A DNA stretch of 64,000 nt. Origin: Fibrobacteria bacterium (lineage in GTDB: Bacteria > Fibrobacterota > Chitinivibrionia > Chitinivibrionales > FEN-1185). The DNA is taken from contig JBBIGR010000004.1 of assembly GCA_037447435.1 (NCBI GenBank), positions 128,001 to 192,000 on the forward strand, read 5' to 3'. Below, piece after piece: positions 40,111-51,535 of the stretch; position 1 is the first letter of the stretch; every line of letters begins with the position of its first letter. A program made the translations under genes and the position numbers. The notes under the pieces were generated by a model. It saw only the letters and a program-made list of their open reading frames with translations. It searched no databases and was not told where the DNA came from.

Positions 40111-43100
40111 ATGAGAATCAATTTCCGGATTAAGCCTTTGGCCTTTGCCGCAGCGACATTCGTTTCCCTCTTTGTCTATGGTCAAATTATGGCCGCAACG
40201 GATTATGAAGCTGAAAATGCCGTCCTCGCGGGTGGGGCAAACGTGAGCACCGAACATACGGGTTTTAGCGGAACCGGATATGTTCAGGGCTATGACCTTG
40301 GAAACGTCAGTGCCTCCACTGTCTTTTCGGTCAATGCCGATGCCGCCGGATATTACGACATCACGCTTCGCTATGGAAACGGCTATGGCGCAAGCTCCCT
40401 TTCGGTGTATGTTAATAACGTAAAAGCTGTTGTCACCCAACTCGCCTCAACCGGATCATGGACGGATTGGAGCACAAAAAAAGAAACGTTTCTATTAAAA
40501 AGCGGCGCAAATACGATTACCTATAAATACGATACCGGCGATCTGGCCCGGATCAATCTTGACAAAATTACAGTGCAACCGACAACGGATCTAAAGCCGG
40601 ACTTGTTGATCAGCGATATTTCATGGACGCCCTCAGCTCCCAAGGAAGGCGATGCAGTAACCTTTACGGCAACAATTCAAAACAGCGGGAACGCGCCTTC
40701 ACCCGCAATCTTGCATAAGGTCCTTTTCAAAATCAATAATCAGAACATAGCGACGGCAACCGATCAAACTAAAGCGATAGCAGTTGGCACCAGCGCAACG
40801 GCAACGGCAACAACCACGTGGACAGCCGCCCATGGAAGTTATTCCGTCATGGCCATTGCCGATCCCGATACGACAATCGCCGAGTTCAATGAAAGCAATA
40901 ATTCATTTACCAAGATAATTACCCTTAGTCAACTCCAAGGGCCCGACCTTTTGATCCAGTCGATTTCCTGGTCCCCGTCAAATCCCGCTGCCGGAAGTCC
41001 GGTGAGCTTTAAAGTTATCATTCAAAATCAAGGTCTCGACGCAACTTCAGCCAATGCCGTATCCGTAAACCTGAGTATCAATTCATCCCAAACGCTGACC
41101 GGTACGTTAACCGGCCAGCTCGCCGCCGGCGCAAGCGCAACGGTCGCTATGACAGGGACTTGGACTGCGGTAAAAGGAACCGTTGTTCTCGTCGCCACCG
41201 TTGACCCGCAAAACGCAATTTCCGAATCATTTGAAGGGAACAATTCCCTTACCCAGAAATTTTTCATCGGACGCGGAGCTCAAGTGCCCTGGATAGAATA
41301 TCAAGCGGAAGACGGAATATTGGCCGGAGGCGCCAAAGTTGTCGGACCGTCACGCGTCTATGGAACGCCGGCAGGAGAAGCTTCCGGGCGTAAAGCAGTA
41401 TTGCTAGACCAAACCAATGCTTCGGTTTCCTGGATAGCAAGCGCCTCTGCGAACTCCATCGTGATTCGCAACTGCATTCCGGACGCTCACGGCGGCGGGG
41501 GCATCACGACGCCGATAGGCTTGTATATCAACGGGCAACATAAGGCCGATATAACACTTTCGTCCGAGCACAGTTGGCTTTACGGGAAAGATAATGATCC
41601 GCAAACCGAGAACCCCTCAAACGGCCAGGCCAGAAAAATTTATGATGAATCCCGGATGCTGTTCAAGGATTTCAGTATCTCGGTCGGGGATACCGTGATG
41701 CTTCGGAAAGACGCCTCGGACAACGCGGCGTACAACTACATTGATTTTATAGATCTTGAGCAGGTTGCCCCGCCCATTCCTATTCCAACGGGCTACATTT
41801 CGATCACCGATGCAAACCAGACATGGAAACCCGCGGTCCCCGACGACAGCAGCGGCTGCGACAATGCGCTATACATGTGCATGACCCAGGCGCAAAACGG
41901 TAAATATGCCGGCGTGTACATTCCGCCAGGCACGTTTATCCAAAAGCAAAAACAGCAGGCTGCCGGCGTGAAGATCCAGGGAGCGGGAATGTGGTATTCA
42001 ATGCTGTATTGTCCGGACAAAAATGAGGGAGATTGGGGTACGACTGGATTTATCATTACCGGTGACAATAACGAATTCCGCGACTTTTCTCTTTACGGTT
42101 GGGGCGGCGCCCGTACCGTAGGCGGTAAGGCGTTTTGCAGCAATTCCCATAAAAATATGGTCCTGGAACGGATGTGGATTGAGCACGTAACCTGCGCCTA
42201 CTGGGTCGGCGGCGGCGGCGAATCGACCAACCTGCATGTCAAGGACTGTCGAATCCGGAACACCGGTGCAGACGGCATCAACCTGTGCAACGGCAGCCTG
42301 AATTGCCTGATTGAAAATTGTCATGCAAGAAACACCGGGGACGATGGATTTGCAATATGGTCGGCCACGGATGGTTATGGACACCCTTGCACCAATAACA
42401 TTATTCGAAATTGCACCGTCGAATTTCCATGGCGAGCTGCCTGTTTTGCGATTTACGGCGGCGACGGAAACCGCATTGAGAATTGCCTCGGCATTGACGC
42501 GCTTACCTATCCCGGTTTAACAGTCAGTAGTGAATTCAATCCGCATCCCATGGACTCGGCAACGGTAGACGGCATCACGCTGATCCGATGCGGAGCGCAT
42601 TATTTCATCGGTTACGATTACGAAGGATATTTCGGTGCAATTTGGCTGAGGGCCGATTTACCGAATACGAACGGAATAACGATCAGAAATGCCGACGTCA
42701 TTGACCCGTCTTATTCGGGAATCCAATTCCAAGGAGCAGGTACTTTTAGCAATTTACTTTTAGAAAACGTCACCGTTTCCAACCCAACTACCGACTGCAT
42801 TGAAGTAAAAGCGGGAACAACCGGGAGCGCTACTCTGCGCAATGTGCAATTGGTAAGCGATGCGAATAATGTTCCGCGAACGGTCAATAATGCCAGTGCA
42901 ACTTTTAAAATTACCGAAGAGGGCGTCGGCGTTTTATCACCGTACGCATTTTCCAAATTTGCAAATCCGATAGTTTCCCAACGAGGAGCAAAAATAATTA
43001 TAGAATTCACGGTTCCTCAGGGTGCTGCGATAGGAAAATCCGTAAAAATTTCCATGTTCCAGGTAAATGGGAAACGCCTCTGTCTGTACGACCAGCAATT

Positions 43101-43221
43101 CTCTTCCGGAAATCACCGGTTGATCGTAGACCGCAACTCAATCGGTAAATCTGCGGGGTTTTATATTTTGAGCATCGAACAGAACGGAAACAAGCAATTG
43201 TTCCCGGTTATTTTCAAGTAA
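40111..43221 (+). CDS. Secreted GH87 alpha-1,3-glucanase/mycodextranase-like enzyme (CBM35/6, two CARDB, GH87, CTD)
   Basis: YEAENA..EHTGFSGTGYV (CBM); two PDLLI..ISW.PS.P..G (CARDB); GAQVPW.EYQAEDG..GEASGRKAV..IPDA.GGG..RKIYDE; beta-helix RIRNTGADGIN, RNTGDDGFA; GGAG SD before ATG 40111. Confidence 0.88.
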   Translation: MRINFRIKPLAFAAATFVSLFVYGQIMAATDYEAENAVLAGGANVSTEHTGFSGTGYVQGYDLGNVSASTVFSVNADAAGYYDITLRYGNGYGASSLSVYVNNVKAVVTQLASTGSWTDWSTKKETFLLKSGANTITYKYDTGDLARINLDKITVQPTTDLKPDLLISDISWTPSAPKEGDAVTFTATIQNSGNAPSPAILHKVLFKINNQNIATATDQTKAIAVGTSATATATTTWTAAHGSYSVMAIADPDTTIAEFNESNNSFTKIITLSQLQGPDLLIQSISWSPSNPAAGSPVSFKVIIQNQGLDATSANAVSVNLSINSSQTLTGTLTGQLAAGASATVAMTGTWTAVKGTVVLVATVDPQNAISESFEGNNSLTQKFFIGRGAQVPWIEYQAEDGILAGGAKVVGPSRVYGTPAGEASGRKAVLLDQTNASVSWIASASANSIVIRNCIPDAHGGGGITTPIGLYINGQHKADITLSSEHSWLYGKDNDPQTENPSNGQARKIYDESRMLFKDFSISVGDTVMLRKDASDNAAYNYIDFIDLEQVAPPIPIPTGYISITDANQTWKPAVPDDSSGCDNALYMCMTQAQNGKYAGVYIPPGTFIQKQKQQAAGVKIQGAGMWYSMLYCPDKNEGDWGTTGFIITGDNNEFRDFSLYGWGGARTVGGKAFCSNSHKNMVLERMWIEHVTCAYWVGGGGESTNLHVKDCRIRNTGADGINLCNGSLNCLIENCHARNTGDDGFAIWSATDGYGHPCTNNIIRNCTVEFPWRAACFAIYGGDGNRIENCLGIDALTYPGLTVSSEFNPHPMDSATVDGITLIRCGAHYFIGYDYEGYFGAIWLRADLPNTNGITIRNADVIDPSYSGIQFQGAGTFSNLLLENVTVSNPTTDCIEVKAGTTGSATLRNVQLVSDANNVPRTVNNASATFKITEEGVGVLSPYAFSKFANPIVSQRGAKIIIEFTVPQGAAIGKSVKISMFQVNGKRLCLYDQQFSSGNHRLIVDRNSIGKSAGFYILSIEQNGNKQLFPVIFK

Positions 43222-43237
43222 CGGTTCTTGTTTTACA

Positions 43238-43275
43238 AAAAGGAATATCCGCATCCAAAGCCGGATATTCCTTTT
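43238..43275 (+). terminator. Intrinsic terminator after GH87
   Basis: AAAAGGAATATCCG / CGGATATTCCTTTT 14-bp stem followed by AT-rich sequence. Confidence 0.85.
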
Positions 43276-43383
43276 ATATTATAAAAATACAATCTTTTTA
43301 CTTCGCACTTTCTTGCCGACTCCCCCTCCTCAAGTTTGAGCCAATTCATTTCTAACCGAATCGAGGTAACGGCTCCAATCTTT

Positions 43384-43513
43384 TTGTTCACTTTAATTTA
43401 CTATTACATTCTCTTTTTAATGCCTAATTTGGCTTTTTTTGTTTATTTACAGCTATTTTGTTCACTTTTTTTAAATATTTTTTCACAAATTAGCAAAATA
43501 ATTTTTGTATATT
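43384..43513 (+). promoter_or_regulatory. Promoter of the 43582 gene with paired boxes
   Basis: TTGTTCACT (43384-43392), TTGTTCACT (43458-43466), -10 TATATT (43508-43513). Confidence 0.65.
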
Positions 43514-43581
43514 AAAAATTGAATAACTGCACATTCTAAAAAAAGTCAATCAATTCACAACCATTATAAGGAGGAGAGGAT

Positions 43582-44514
43582 ATGAATAAGTTAGCGGTTT
43601 CATTGATGTCGGCATCGGTACTTTTAACGAGTGCATTTCAGATTTCAGCAGCACCCCACGCAACGGTAGCAGGTAAATATCTTGACGATTTTTCAAGGAA
43701 TTATGTGTTAACAAGTGATGCACCCAAAGATTCCACCGGCGCAGTTATGAGCACGCTTACCTCCGACGGAACGCAAATTTACTGGAATGCCATGAATGGC
43801 AATCTGACAATCAACACAGACAGCATTTTAATTGCTAAATTCCCTGACGGCGGTTATTTGCGTTTTGCTACCAGCTCCACAAAAGCGTACAAATACTGCA
43901 TTTTCCGTATGAAAGGCGATGCGACTGCTAAAAACGAGTTGATATACACCAGAATTGCACCTCAGCCGGGCAGCGATACGCTAGGCATATCCGATGCAAG
44001 TAAAGGAGGCAAAAGTGAACGGCGACTGGATTCCTTACTCGGTACCGATTCACTCCCATTGCCGAAAATTTCAAATCAATTCCAGGTTTACGTTGTCGAT
44101 CTTGCAAAAAACGGACTTCAGTTCGGAATGAGCATGGCTTCAGCTTTTCAAATAGGAACGCATGCCGCGATGGAACTTGATATAGATTACATTTTTGCCT
44201 CAAGCAATAATCCGCTTGCCCCCGACGCTATCATTGCCAACAAATCCGTCGGCAGTGATGCAAACACCAGCAATGTAAATGTAACGTTTTCCAAGGCTTT
44301 AAATTCCCTGAAAATTAAAACCAATGCCCATTTTTCACAAGGAAAATTGAACCTCTATGATCTCCAGGGCAAAATGGTGCACTCGTTTGCCATCCATGGC
44401 CAGGAAAATACCCTGGCAGTTCCTGCAGGAAGTTTTACGCCGAATACGTATCTCTATACTGTTAACGAAACTTCCGGTTCCGTGTTTGCAAAAGGCAAAA
44501 TTAGCCTTCGGTAA
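43582..44514 (+). CDS. Secreted protein of unknown function with CTD
   Basis: Strong SD (AAGGAGGAGAGG), signal peptide, ~190-aa beta-rich domain ending LDIDYIF, CTD LYDLQGK...NTYLYTV...KGKI. Confidence 0.8.
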   Translation: MNKLAVSLMSASVLLTSAFQISAAPHATVAGKYLDDFSRNYVLTSDAPKDSTGAVMSTLTSDGTQIYWNAMNGNLTINTDSILIAKFPDGGYLRFATSSTKAYKYCIFRMKGDATAKNELIYTRIAPQPGSDTLGISDASKGGKSERRLDSLLGTDSLPLPKISNQFQVYVVDLAKNGLQFGMSMASAFQIGTHAAMELDIDYIFASSNNPLAPDAIIANKSVGSDANTSNVNVTFSKALNSLKIKTNAHFSQGKLNLYDLQGKMVHSFAIHGQENTLAVPAGSFTPNTYLYTVNETSGSVFAKGKISLR

Positions 44515-44614
44515 GTATGAGTAAAACCGGCAGTTCGAAACAATTCTTTGGTCAAGCGATGTTGCAATCTCACATCGGCAGCATCGCTTCCCCCACGGCA
44601 AGGCTTGTTAATTT

Positions 44615-46408
44615 TCATATTGCATAATCCAGCAATATCTCCTGTTGCGACAACCTGCCAATAATAGCCACGACCATTGCGGATAAATTCAGTTTTTCGG
44701 ATATGATTATTTTATTTGCACTCGCCCCATCCTCATGGCCGCCTATTGACACATGAATAAATTCATTTGGAGAAGTCAAACCGGCAAGCAACTGCAAGTC
44801 ATACGTGTCGGCGTCTCCCAAGGCGGTTATAAAGAGTAAACCAGCATCGGTAAGAATTCGTGCAAGCTCGCCGAGACGCCGCATCATTTCTTCGCGGTTG
44901 TCCGTCTCATTTACAACATCAGAATCAAGGCCGTCGGCCAGACTCGATGGTCCGATGAAATATGCATTTTTAGCCGATTTAACGAGAGAACTTTCCAAAT
45001 GCTTCGCCAGGGCAATGCTTTGTTCTGCGCCGGTTATGACTATGAATTTCGCCTTATGCCCGAACACGCTCTGCCTGTCCGCAGGAGTGACGATTCCGGT
45101 GTCCCAGTGCAATTCTCTTTTATTAATTTGCCGATTTATTGCATTGTCGTTTTCATTGATTGCATGCGTTATTATTCCCCCACCGGCAATATCATAATTG
45201 TCTACTATCACAAACCGACCGGTGAACTGAATATCGTCTATGGTATCAAACGCAATTGCCCTTGTTGTTTCCAAAATGCATTCCGCAACATCGTGACGGT
45301 CTATCTGTTGCCTACCCTGAATACTGGAAAGGTCTGTTGCATCAATGCACGAAAGAACCTCTGCCAGACGAACTGTAACCCGTGCGGAGGCGATTTTAAG
45401 CTTATATTTTTTATTTTTTATCATAGGCGCCCTGGCCATCCAAAAAATATTGGCTCTGAAACGCGACCCCACCATCGGATGTCTTTCCTTACTTTTGCAC
45501 ATTATTTCGCCGCGGGGAAGATATAATTCATTTGCCAGAGTAAAACCGGTTGCATGTCCTTTACCTATAGTTTTAACTTCAGGCGAATTAAAACCTTCGA
45601 TCGTTGATATTTTTGATTTTTTGTACGACGGCAAAAAGGTTACGTCATCCCCCACAGCAACAGTCCCGGTTTCGATAGTGCCTGTAATGATACGACGTTC
45701 ATCATCCTTTTCGGTAAACTTGTAAACATCCTGTACCGGCATTCGAAACGGTTTCGCGTCATCGTCCTGCTGTTTTACAAAAGCATCAACATGGTCGAGA
45801 ACGGTTTTACCGTCGTACCATTTCATTTTATCGGATGCAAATGCCAGATTATCACCGTCCCTGGCGCTAATTGGAATGAACTCTTTTGCCGAAACGCCTA
45901 ATTGTTTTAAGAATGAGCCATAATCCGTCGCAATAGATTCGAATACTTTTTGATCGAATTTTACAAGGTCCATTTTATTGACAAGAACAACAACCTGAGG
46001 AATTCCCAACATGGCAATGAGATACCCGTGTCTCCGTGAATTTTCCCGAATCCCTTCATGTGCATCGATAACCAAAAGAGCGGCTTCCGCCCGGGCGGCC
46101 CCACTCACCATGTTTTTAAGAAATTCAACATGCCCCGGGGCATCTATGATGATATAATCGCGCTTCTTTGTTTTAAAAAAGCAACGGGCAGTGTCTATGG
46201 TTATGCCTTGTGCCTGCTCATCTTTCAACGCATCGAGTAAAAACGCATATTCGAACGGCCTCGCATTGCGCTCGCACGAAACCTTGACCTGCTCCAGCTT
46301 GCCGCTTGGCAATGAGCCGGTATCTGCAAGTAATCGGCCGATGACCGTACTTTTTCCATGATCGACATGGCCGACAACGACAATGTTCATCTGTTCACGT
46401 ATTTTCAT
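44615..46408 (-). CDS. cysN: Sulfate adenylyltransferase large subunit with degenerate APS-kinase-like C-terminal domain
   Basis: [35 protein letters not shown]; follows cysD. Confidence 0.92.
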   Translation of the reverse strand: MKIREQMNIVVVGHVDHGKSTVIGRLLADTGSLPSGKLEQVKVSCERNARPFEYAFLLDALKDEQAQGITIDTARCFFKTKKRDYIIIDAPGHVEFLKNMVSGAARAEAALLVIDAHEGIRENSRRHGYLIAMLGIPQVVVLVNKMDLVKFDQKVFESIATDYGSFLKQLGVSAKEFIPISARDGDNLAFASDKMKWYDGKTVLDHVDAFVKQQDDDAKPFRMPVQDVYKFTEKDDERRIITGTIETGTVAVGDDVTFLPSYKKSKISTIEGFNSPEVKTIGKGHATGFTLANELYLPRGEIMCKSKERHPMVGSRFRANIFWMARAPMIKNKKYKLKIASARVTVRLAEVLSCIDATDLSSIQGRQQIDRHDVAECILETTRAIAFDTIDDIQFTGRFVIVDNYDIAGGGIITHAINENDNAINRQINKRELHWDTGIVTPADRQSVFGHKAKFIVITGAEQSIALAKHLESSLVKSAKNAYFIGPSSLADGLDSDVVNETDNREEMMRRLGELARILTDAGLLFITALGDADTYDLQLLAGLTSPNEFIHVSIGGHEDGASANKIIISEKLNLSAMVVAIIGRLSQQEILLDYAI

Positions 46409-46462
46409 ATTTACATTTCCAGTGTTTATTATTTTTGTACGCATGGCCCAAAGGCCCTGTAA

Positions 46463-47344
46463 TTACATATAGCCGTCTTTACGCAAAGTCTCTAAACCGC
46501 CGCCGTCGGCCTTGTCTTGTTCCCTGCCCGACCGCTCCGCAATATTTGCAAATTTTCCCGATCGAAGTTCTTCGATGATTTCCTGTACTGTCGAGGCTTC
46601 CGAATCGACCGGCGAGGTGCAGGGCCAGCAACCCAAAGACCGATATCGCTTTCCATTTCCCCGATTGTAATACAGAGAAACCGTGGGAATACTTTCTTTT
46701 TCGATATACTCCCAAATATTCAGTTCTGTCCAATCCAGAAGCGGGTGAATTCGTAAATGCGTTCCCGGAGCAAAATCTGTTTTAAACTGGTTCCACATCT
46801 CGGGCGGTTGATCGGCAACGTCCCATTCATTCTCCTTGTCGCGCGGAGAAAAATACCGTTCCTTCGACCTGCTGCCTTCCTCATCCGCCCGCACGCCGGC
46901 AATGACTCCGGTGTACGGTTCCTTATTTGCATCCACATCATAATTACCGGTTGCATGATTCATCCGATACCGCGGCCAATCGCCTGCCAAAGTATGTTTG
47001 AGCGCATCGGTCTTGAGGTTCTTGCAGCACCCAAGACGGTCCACCTTTCCACTTTGATATGTCAATTGCTGTCTAATTGCTTCCGTATTTTCGCCGTATA
47101 CCATATTCAAATGCCATTTCCGGGCCAAATCATCCCGGTATTGAATCATCTCAGGGATTTTGAAATGGGTGTCGATATGAACAAGAGGAATCGGCACATG
47201 CCCGAAAAAAGCTTTGCGGGCCAGCCATAACAGTACGGTGCTGTCTTTGCCGATAGACCACAGCATGCAAAGGTTTTTAAAATCGCGATATGCTTCTCTT
47301 AAAATGTAAACGCTTTTCGCTTCAAGTTTTTCAAGATGGTCCAT
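46463..47344 (-). CDS. cysD: Sulfate adenylyltransferase small subunit
   Basis: [52 protein letters not shown]. Confidence 0.96.
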   Translation of the reverse strand: MDHLEKLEAKSVYILREAYRDFKNLCMLWSIGKDSTVLLWLARKAFFGHVPIPLVHIDTHFKIPEMIQYRDDLARKWHLNMVYGENTEAIRQQLTYQSGKVDRLGCCKNLKTDALKHTLAGDWPRYRMNHATGNYDVDANKEPYTGVIAGVRADEEGSRSKERYFSPRDKENEWDVADQPPEMWNQFKTDFAPGTHLRIHPLLDWTELNIWEYIEKESIPTVSLYYNRGNGKRYRSLGCWPCTSPVDSEASTVQEIIEELRSGKFANIAERSGREQDKADGGGLETLRKDGYM

Positions 47345-47346
47345 TT

Positions 47347-48081
47347 TTAGTCCTTGCCAATGTTCGTATTGATATTTTTCGGCCTGTTATGCAATCCGCA
47401 TTCCTTATGCTCGGGTTCCTCCCACCACCACCGTCCGGCCCGCACATCGTCATCGGGGCCAATAGCCCTTGTACAGGGCGCGCATCCGATGCTTCGAAAT
47501 CCTTTTTCGTACAATACGGACACGGGCAGAGATTTTTCACGCACATAAGAAAAAACGTCTGCTTCTTTCCAATTACATAAAGGACTTATCCGGTAGATTT
47601 TATTGACATCGTCCCATTCAACGGGCGAAAGATCCGTTCTGGTAACGGATTGTTCGCTACGCAAGCCAACGATCCACGCATCGACTGTAGACAATATCTT
47701 TTGAAGCGGCCGTGTTTTTCGCACAGCACAACAGGATTTGCGGGATTCTACATTGTCGTAAAAAAGGTTTGGACCATTTTTCCGGGTAAGTCGCCCAACA
47801 TCCTCCGGATCCGGAAAGGCAACTTCATAGGAAATGTTAAAATGTTTTGTCGATTCATGCCATACATCATAGGTTTCCTGAAAATGACGCCCTGTATCAA
47901 GCGTAAATAAACGGGCACGGGGATTTTCGGAAACCAGCATATTCGTGAGAACCTGGTCTTCTGCGCTGAAACTTGAAGCCAGAGCAATATGCGTAAGCCC
48001 AAATTCATCCAAAGCCCAGGCAATTAAACAAGCAGCGCTCATATGCTGGGTTATCTCGCGATAGTCGATTGCTTTTTGCAT
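47347..48081 (-). CDS. cysH: APS/PAPS reductase, Fe-S (APS-reductase) type
   Basis: [15 protein letters not shown] and SIGCAPC (four cluster cysteines), [20 protein letters not shown] before ATG 48081. Confidence 0.95.
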   Translation of the reverse strand: MQKAIDYREITQHMSAACLIAWALDEFGLTHIALASSFSAEDQVLTNMLVSENPRARLFTLDTGRHFQETYDVWHESTKHFNISYEVAFPDPEDVGRLTRKNGPNLFYDNVESRKSCCAVRKTRPLQKILSTVDAWIVGLRSEQSVTRTDLSPVEWDDVNKIYRISPLCNWKEADVFSYVREKSLPVSVLYEKGFRSIGCAPCTRAIGPDDDVRAGRWWWEEPEHKECGLHNRPKNINTNIGKD

Positions 48082-48100
48082 TATTATTACCTCCTTTTCC

Positions 48101-48331
48101 CTAGATCGTATATTCGGGAGCGGTGATTTCACTGCGACCGAATTTAATACGATTCCATAATCGCTCATGAAAGTAATAAAGAGTTATCTTTGTAAATAAT
48201 TCGACAAACCCAATCGAGAGAGCCACTCTAATTTTCCCGCTTATCAAATACGAAACAATGATAGTGTCGAAGGTCCCTGTCAGTCGCCAAGAAACGGCTT
48301 TGACAACACTGCGATATTTTTTCTCAACCAT
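48101..48331 (-). CDS. DUF2061 small membrane protein
   Basis: RSVVKAVSWRLTGT.DT...YYFHERLW..IKFG. Confidence 0.9.
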   Translation of the reverse strand: MVEKKYRSVVKAVSWRLTGTFDTIIVSYLISGKIRVALSIGFVELFTKITLYYFHERLWNRIKFGRSEITAPEYTI

Positions 48332-50694
48332 TAATTTCCCTTTCTGATGCGTACAATCCAATAATCATCGATTTTTACCTGTTCGAGAACCAAATGACCT
48401 TCTTCGGTTATTGAGCGTGGGACATTATCTATCGGCGCGCCGTCATCGAGCGTAATTTCGAGAATCTGGCCCAAGGACATTTTGGCCAATTCCATTTTGG
48501 TTTTAACAAAGTTCATAGGACAGGCAACTCCGCGTAAATCCTTGACATAATCGATATTTATTTTTTCTTCGGACGTTTCTGCGGCAACAGTAACATTCAC
48601 TTGCCCTTGGACCTTGAATTGAAGGGAATTGTCCATTCCCTCATAAAGTTTTTCAACGGCCGTCGACAGCTCAAGTACTTGCTCTTGCAAAGAGGATAAA
48701 ACCGTATCCTTTCCCGCTATTGCCCTTTCAATCAGGTCCGCGAACCTTGCATCAATAAGATTTTCATTAATAAACAATGTTTTGAAAGAGCGTAATACAT
48801 CAGCATCGGTCGCTGCCTCCACACCGCGGGTAATGAGCAGCATTCGAGAGCTCACCAGTACAAGATCGTACAATTCGCTCTGAATAGAGGCACTATTATA
48901 ATTTTCGTTTATAAACGACCTGAGTTCCCGAAGCTTTGCCAAATCGATTTCTATTAAATCAAATAATCCTGCGGAGCATTCGCCGGTGCCTTTGCCGGCA
49001 AGCGAGAAAATTTCGGAATCTCCCCAATCGCGATAATAGCTCTTATCAATTTCAAACTCAGGAATGTTCCTGAACTTATCGCATAATTTTCGTATTATTT
49101 CTTTTCCTTCGGCGTTTATATATTCGCTGAAGCGGGAATAAACCGATTTTCTTTTTCCATAATGCGCCAACAATTCTTCAACAAAAAACGGCAGATCCTT
49201 TGCATTTATTTCATCTATTTTCTCCGCAAGCTGAAAAGCCCCTTCCGCATCGATACGCGCACCGGCCACAACAAAATATGAAGGAAAACTGTGCTGATTT
49301 TTACGACCGACTTTTCCGAAAAAGCCGAGATCAGCCACCGAATGCTGTCCGCAGGTATTTGAACAGCCCGAGACATGAATATGCAGATCATTGAAATCAT
49401 CAAGATTAACATCAGCAAATTTCAATTGATCGACAATACCCTGCAGAGCACCGCGAGACCGGCAAATTCCAAGCTGGCAGGTACTCGCGCCTGCGCAGGC
49501 AACGGCATTTCCAAACAATGGCGCATACGCCGATAGGTAGCTCACTTTTTTGACGAGACGGTATACGTTTGGAAGGAATGGCAAAGGAATATTCCGCAGC
49601 GCAATATTTTGATTATGCGTAAACCGTATGGTGTTTTCGCCGAAAGGGATTAAAAATTCCGCAAGTGCCAATGCCTTTTGCGCATCAATAATACCAAAGA
49701 GCAATGGAATTTTAACAAATCCCGATTCGCATTGTTTTTGTATTCCCGTATACCGTTGTTTCCAGGTTTCAAAATCAAGCGATGTGGCAGTATCCGGGGC
49801 AATTTCTTTTGGCAATGCTTTTTCATTTTTATATTCCGTAATTGTCAATACCTGCAATCCTTCTTTTAAAAGGCCGGCTTTTTCTTCGTTGTATAAACTG
49901 ACAAATTTGTCCCTGCCGAGGGAATTCCATAAAAACCTCAGTCTTGCAGCGTGCTTGTTTTTCCGGTTGCCGTATTTTGAGAAAACGCGTTTTATCGCTT
50001 CGGCAATAACGAGTATTTCGGATGCGGGAACAAATTCGTGAAGCAAATGTCCTGCTTGAGAAAGACGCCCCATTCCTCCGGCCACAAGCACTTTAAATCC
50101 GGGCTTATTGTCTTTGATTGAGGCAATAAGGCCCAAATCATTGACTGTTGCAAAGGCAGTATCTTTTTCCGAATTCGAAAAAGCTATTTTGTATTTGCGC
50201 GGCAAAAGCCATGAATCACTCCGCGCAATGAGCGATGTCGTCAATGCGGCAGCATAGGGTGTGACGTCAAATAGTTCGTCTTGGGTAATGCCGCTGTCCC
50301 AGGGCGCGGTGATGTTTCTTACCGTATTTCCACCGCCGCCCCGCGTCGACAATCCGACATCTGCCAGGCCGCGGATGATCGGCACCAAATCATCGATGCC
50401 AACGTCATGGATCTGAATCTCCTGACGCGTTGTCACGTGCAAAGATCCGGAGCCAAAGCGCTTGGAAAGCTGCGCGATAGTTTTGAGTTGAAATGGGGTT
50501 ATAATGCCTGCGGTGCATCTCACCCGCACCATGTACGTGTCTTTTTTTCGCTGTTCGTAAACGCCGAAGGGAACCCTATGGGCCTTTAATTCGGTTGGCA
50601 AAACCGATCCTGCATGGTAATTTTTTATCAGTACTTCTAATTCATCAATTTCGTTGTGTAGAGAAGCCGGTATCGAATAACCCTGTAATGACAT
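48331..50694 (-). CDS. sir: Ferredoxin-type sulfite reductase fused to a C-terminal TusA domain
   Basis: YMVRVR, HVTTRQEIQIH, TVRNI, LPRKYKIA, CAGASTC and GCSNTCG (siroheme/4Fe-4S ligands); C-terminal DLRGVACPMNFVK. Confidence 0.92.
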   Translation of the reverse strand: MSLQGYSIPASLHNEIDELEVLIKNYHAGSVLPTELKAHRVPFGVYEQRKKDTYMVRVRCTAGIITPFQLKTIAQLSKRFGSGSLHVTTRQEIQIHDVGIDDLVPIIRGLADVGLSTRGGGGNTVRNITAPWDSGITQDELFDVTPYAAALTTSLIARSDSWLLPRKYKIAFSNSEKDTAFATVNDLGLIASIKDNKPGFKVLVAGGMGRLSQAGHLLHEFVPASEILVIAEAIKRVFSKYGNRKNKHAARLRFLWNSLGRDKFVSLYNEEKAGLLKEGLQVLTITEYKNEKALPKEIAPDTATSLDFETWKQRYTGIQKQCESGFVKIPLLFGIIDAQKALALAEFLIPFGENTIRFTHNQNIALRNIPLPFLPNVYRLVKKVSYLSAYAPLFGNAVACAGASTCQLGICRSRGALQGIVDQLKFADVNLDDFNDLHIHVSGCSNTCGQHSVADLGFFGKVGRKNQHSFPSYFVVAGARIDAEGAFQLAEKIDEINAKDLPFFVEELLAHYGKRKSVYSRFSEYINAEGKEIIRKLCDKFRNIPEFEIDKSYYRDWGDSEIFSLAGKGTGECSAGLFDLIEIDLAKLRELRSFINENYNSASIQSELYDLVLVSSRMLLITRGVEAATDADVLRSFKTLFINENLIDARFADLIERAIAGKDTVLSSLQEQVLELSTAVEKLYEGMDNSLQFKVQGQVNVTVAAETSEEKINIDYVKDLRGVACPMNFVKTKMELAKMSLGQILEITLDDGAPIDNVPRSITEEGHLVLEQVKIDDYWIVRIRKGN

Positions 50695-50769
50695 TAATTT
50701 TCCTTCCTGACACTTATACCTCCCGCCGAGCCCCATCTCATCGCAGAGAGGGGAAGTTTGGAAAGCGGA

Positions 50770-50994
50770 TTAATTATTTTTCTCTATGAGGATACGGTAA
50801 TGGCTGCCTTCGTTCTTAATTTCGAGTATGCGATGTCCCTGTTCTTTGGCCGCTTTTGGAACATTGACCAACGGTTCCTCTTCGGAAAGCAGCACGTCCA
50901 ATATATCACCCGGTGAAATTTTCGAAAGCCCTAATTTGACTTTCACAAAAGTCATAGGGCAATGGTCTTTTGTTATATCGAGCGTATGTGTCAT
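50770..50994 (-). CDS. TusA-family sulfurtransferase
   Basis: LDITKDHCPMTFVKVK, GDILDVLL. Confidence 0.92.
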   Translation of the reverse strand: MTHTLDITKDHCPMTFVKVKLGLSKISPGDILDVLLSEEEPLVNVPKAAKEQGHRILEIKNEGSHYRILIEKNN

Positions 50995-51037
50995 AATTAT
51001 TCTCTTTTCCACTATATGATTATCTCACTCATTAACT

Positions 51038-51523
51038 TCATGAAATGAATATAACCTGGCCATTTTTTGAATATTCCAAAAATGTCGGTACGCCGATGAC
51101 CTCTTGTACGTCATCAATTAAATCGGATTTTTGAATTCCAAGGATATGCATCGCCATTTCGCAGGCAACCAATTTGACCTTGAGCTGTTTGGCCGATTCT
51201 ATAAGTTCGTCGAGTGTTGCGACATTGCGTTTTTTCATCATCCCGGTCATGAGTCCCGGGCTAATGCCCCCAAAATTCAAGCGGGACAGTGGTAAATTTT
51301 TACTGCCGCCCATAAGGAAATTGAAAAAACGAGCGAGAAATCCTTTACCGATAGTAGAACGCCCCTGTTTTTTCTTCAGGATATTAAGCCCCCAAAAAGT
51401 AAAGAACACATTCACTTCCCAATTGACCGCAGCAGCACCGGTTGCAAGAGTAAAAGCGGCGACCGCTTTGTCGAAATCGCCTGAAAAGCATATGATCGAT
51501 AATTTTTTTGTTTCGTTTTCCAT
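51038..51523 (-). CDS. DsrE/DsrF-like (DsrE_2) protein
   Basis: KLSIICFSGDFDK, VFFTFWGL, ACEMAM. Confidence 0.9.
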   Translation of the reverse strand: MENETKKLSIICFSGDFDKAVAAFTLATGAAAVNWEVNVFFTFWGLNILKKKQGRSTIGKGFLARFFNFLMGGSKNLPLSRLNFGGISPGLMTGMMKKRNVATLDELIESAKQLKVKLVACEMAMHILGIQKSDLIDDVQEVIGVPTFLEYSKNGQVIFIS

Positions 51524-51535
51524 AACGTCCTTCTT

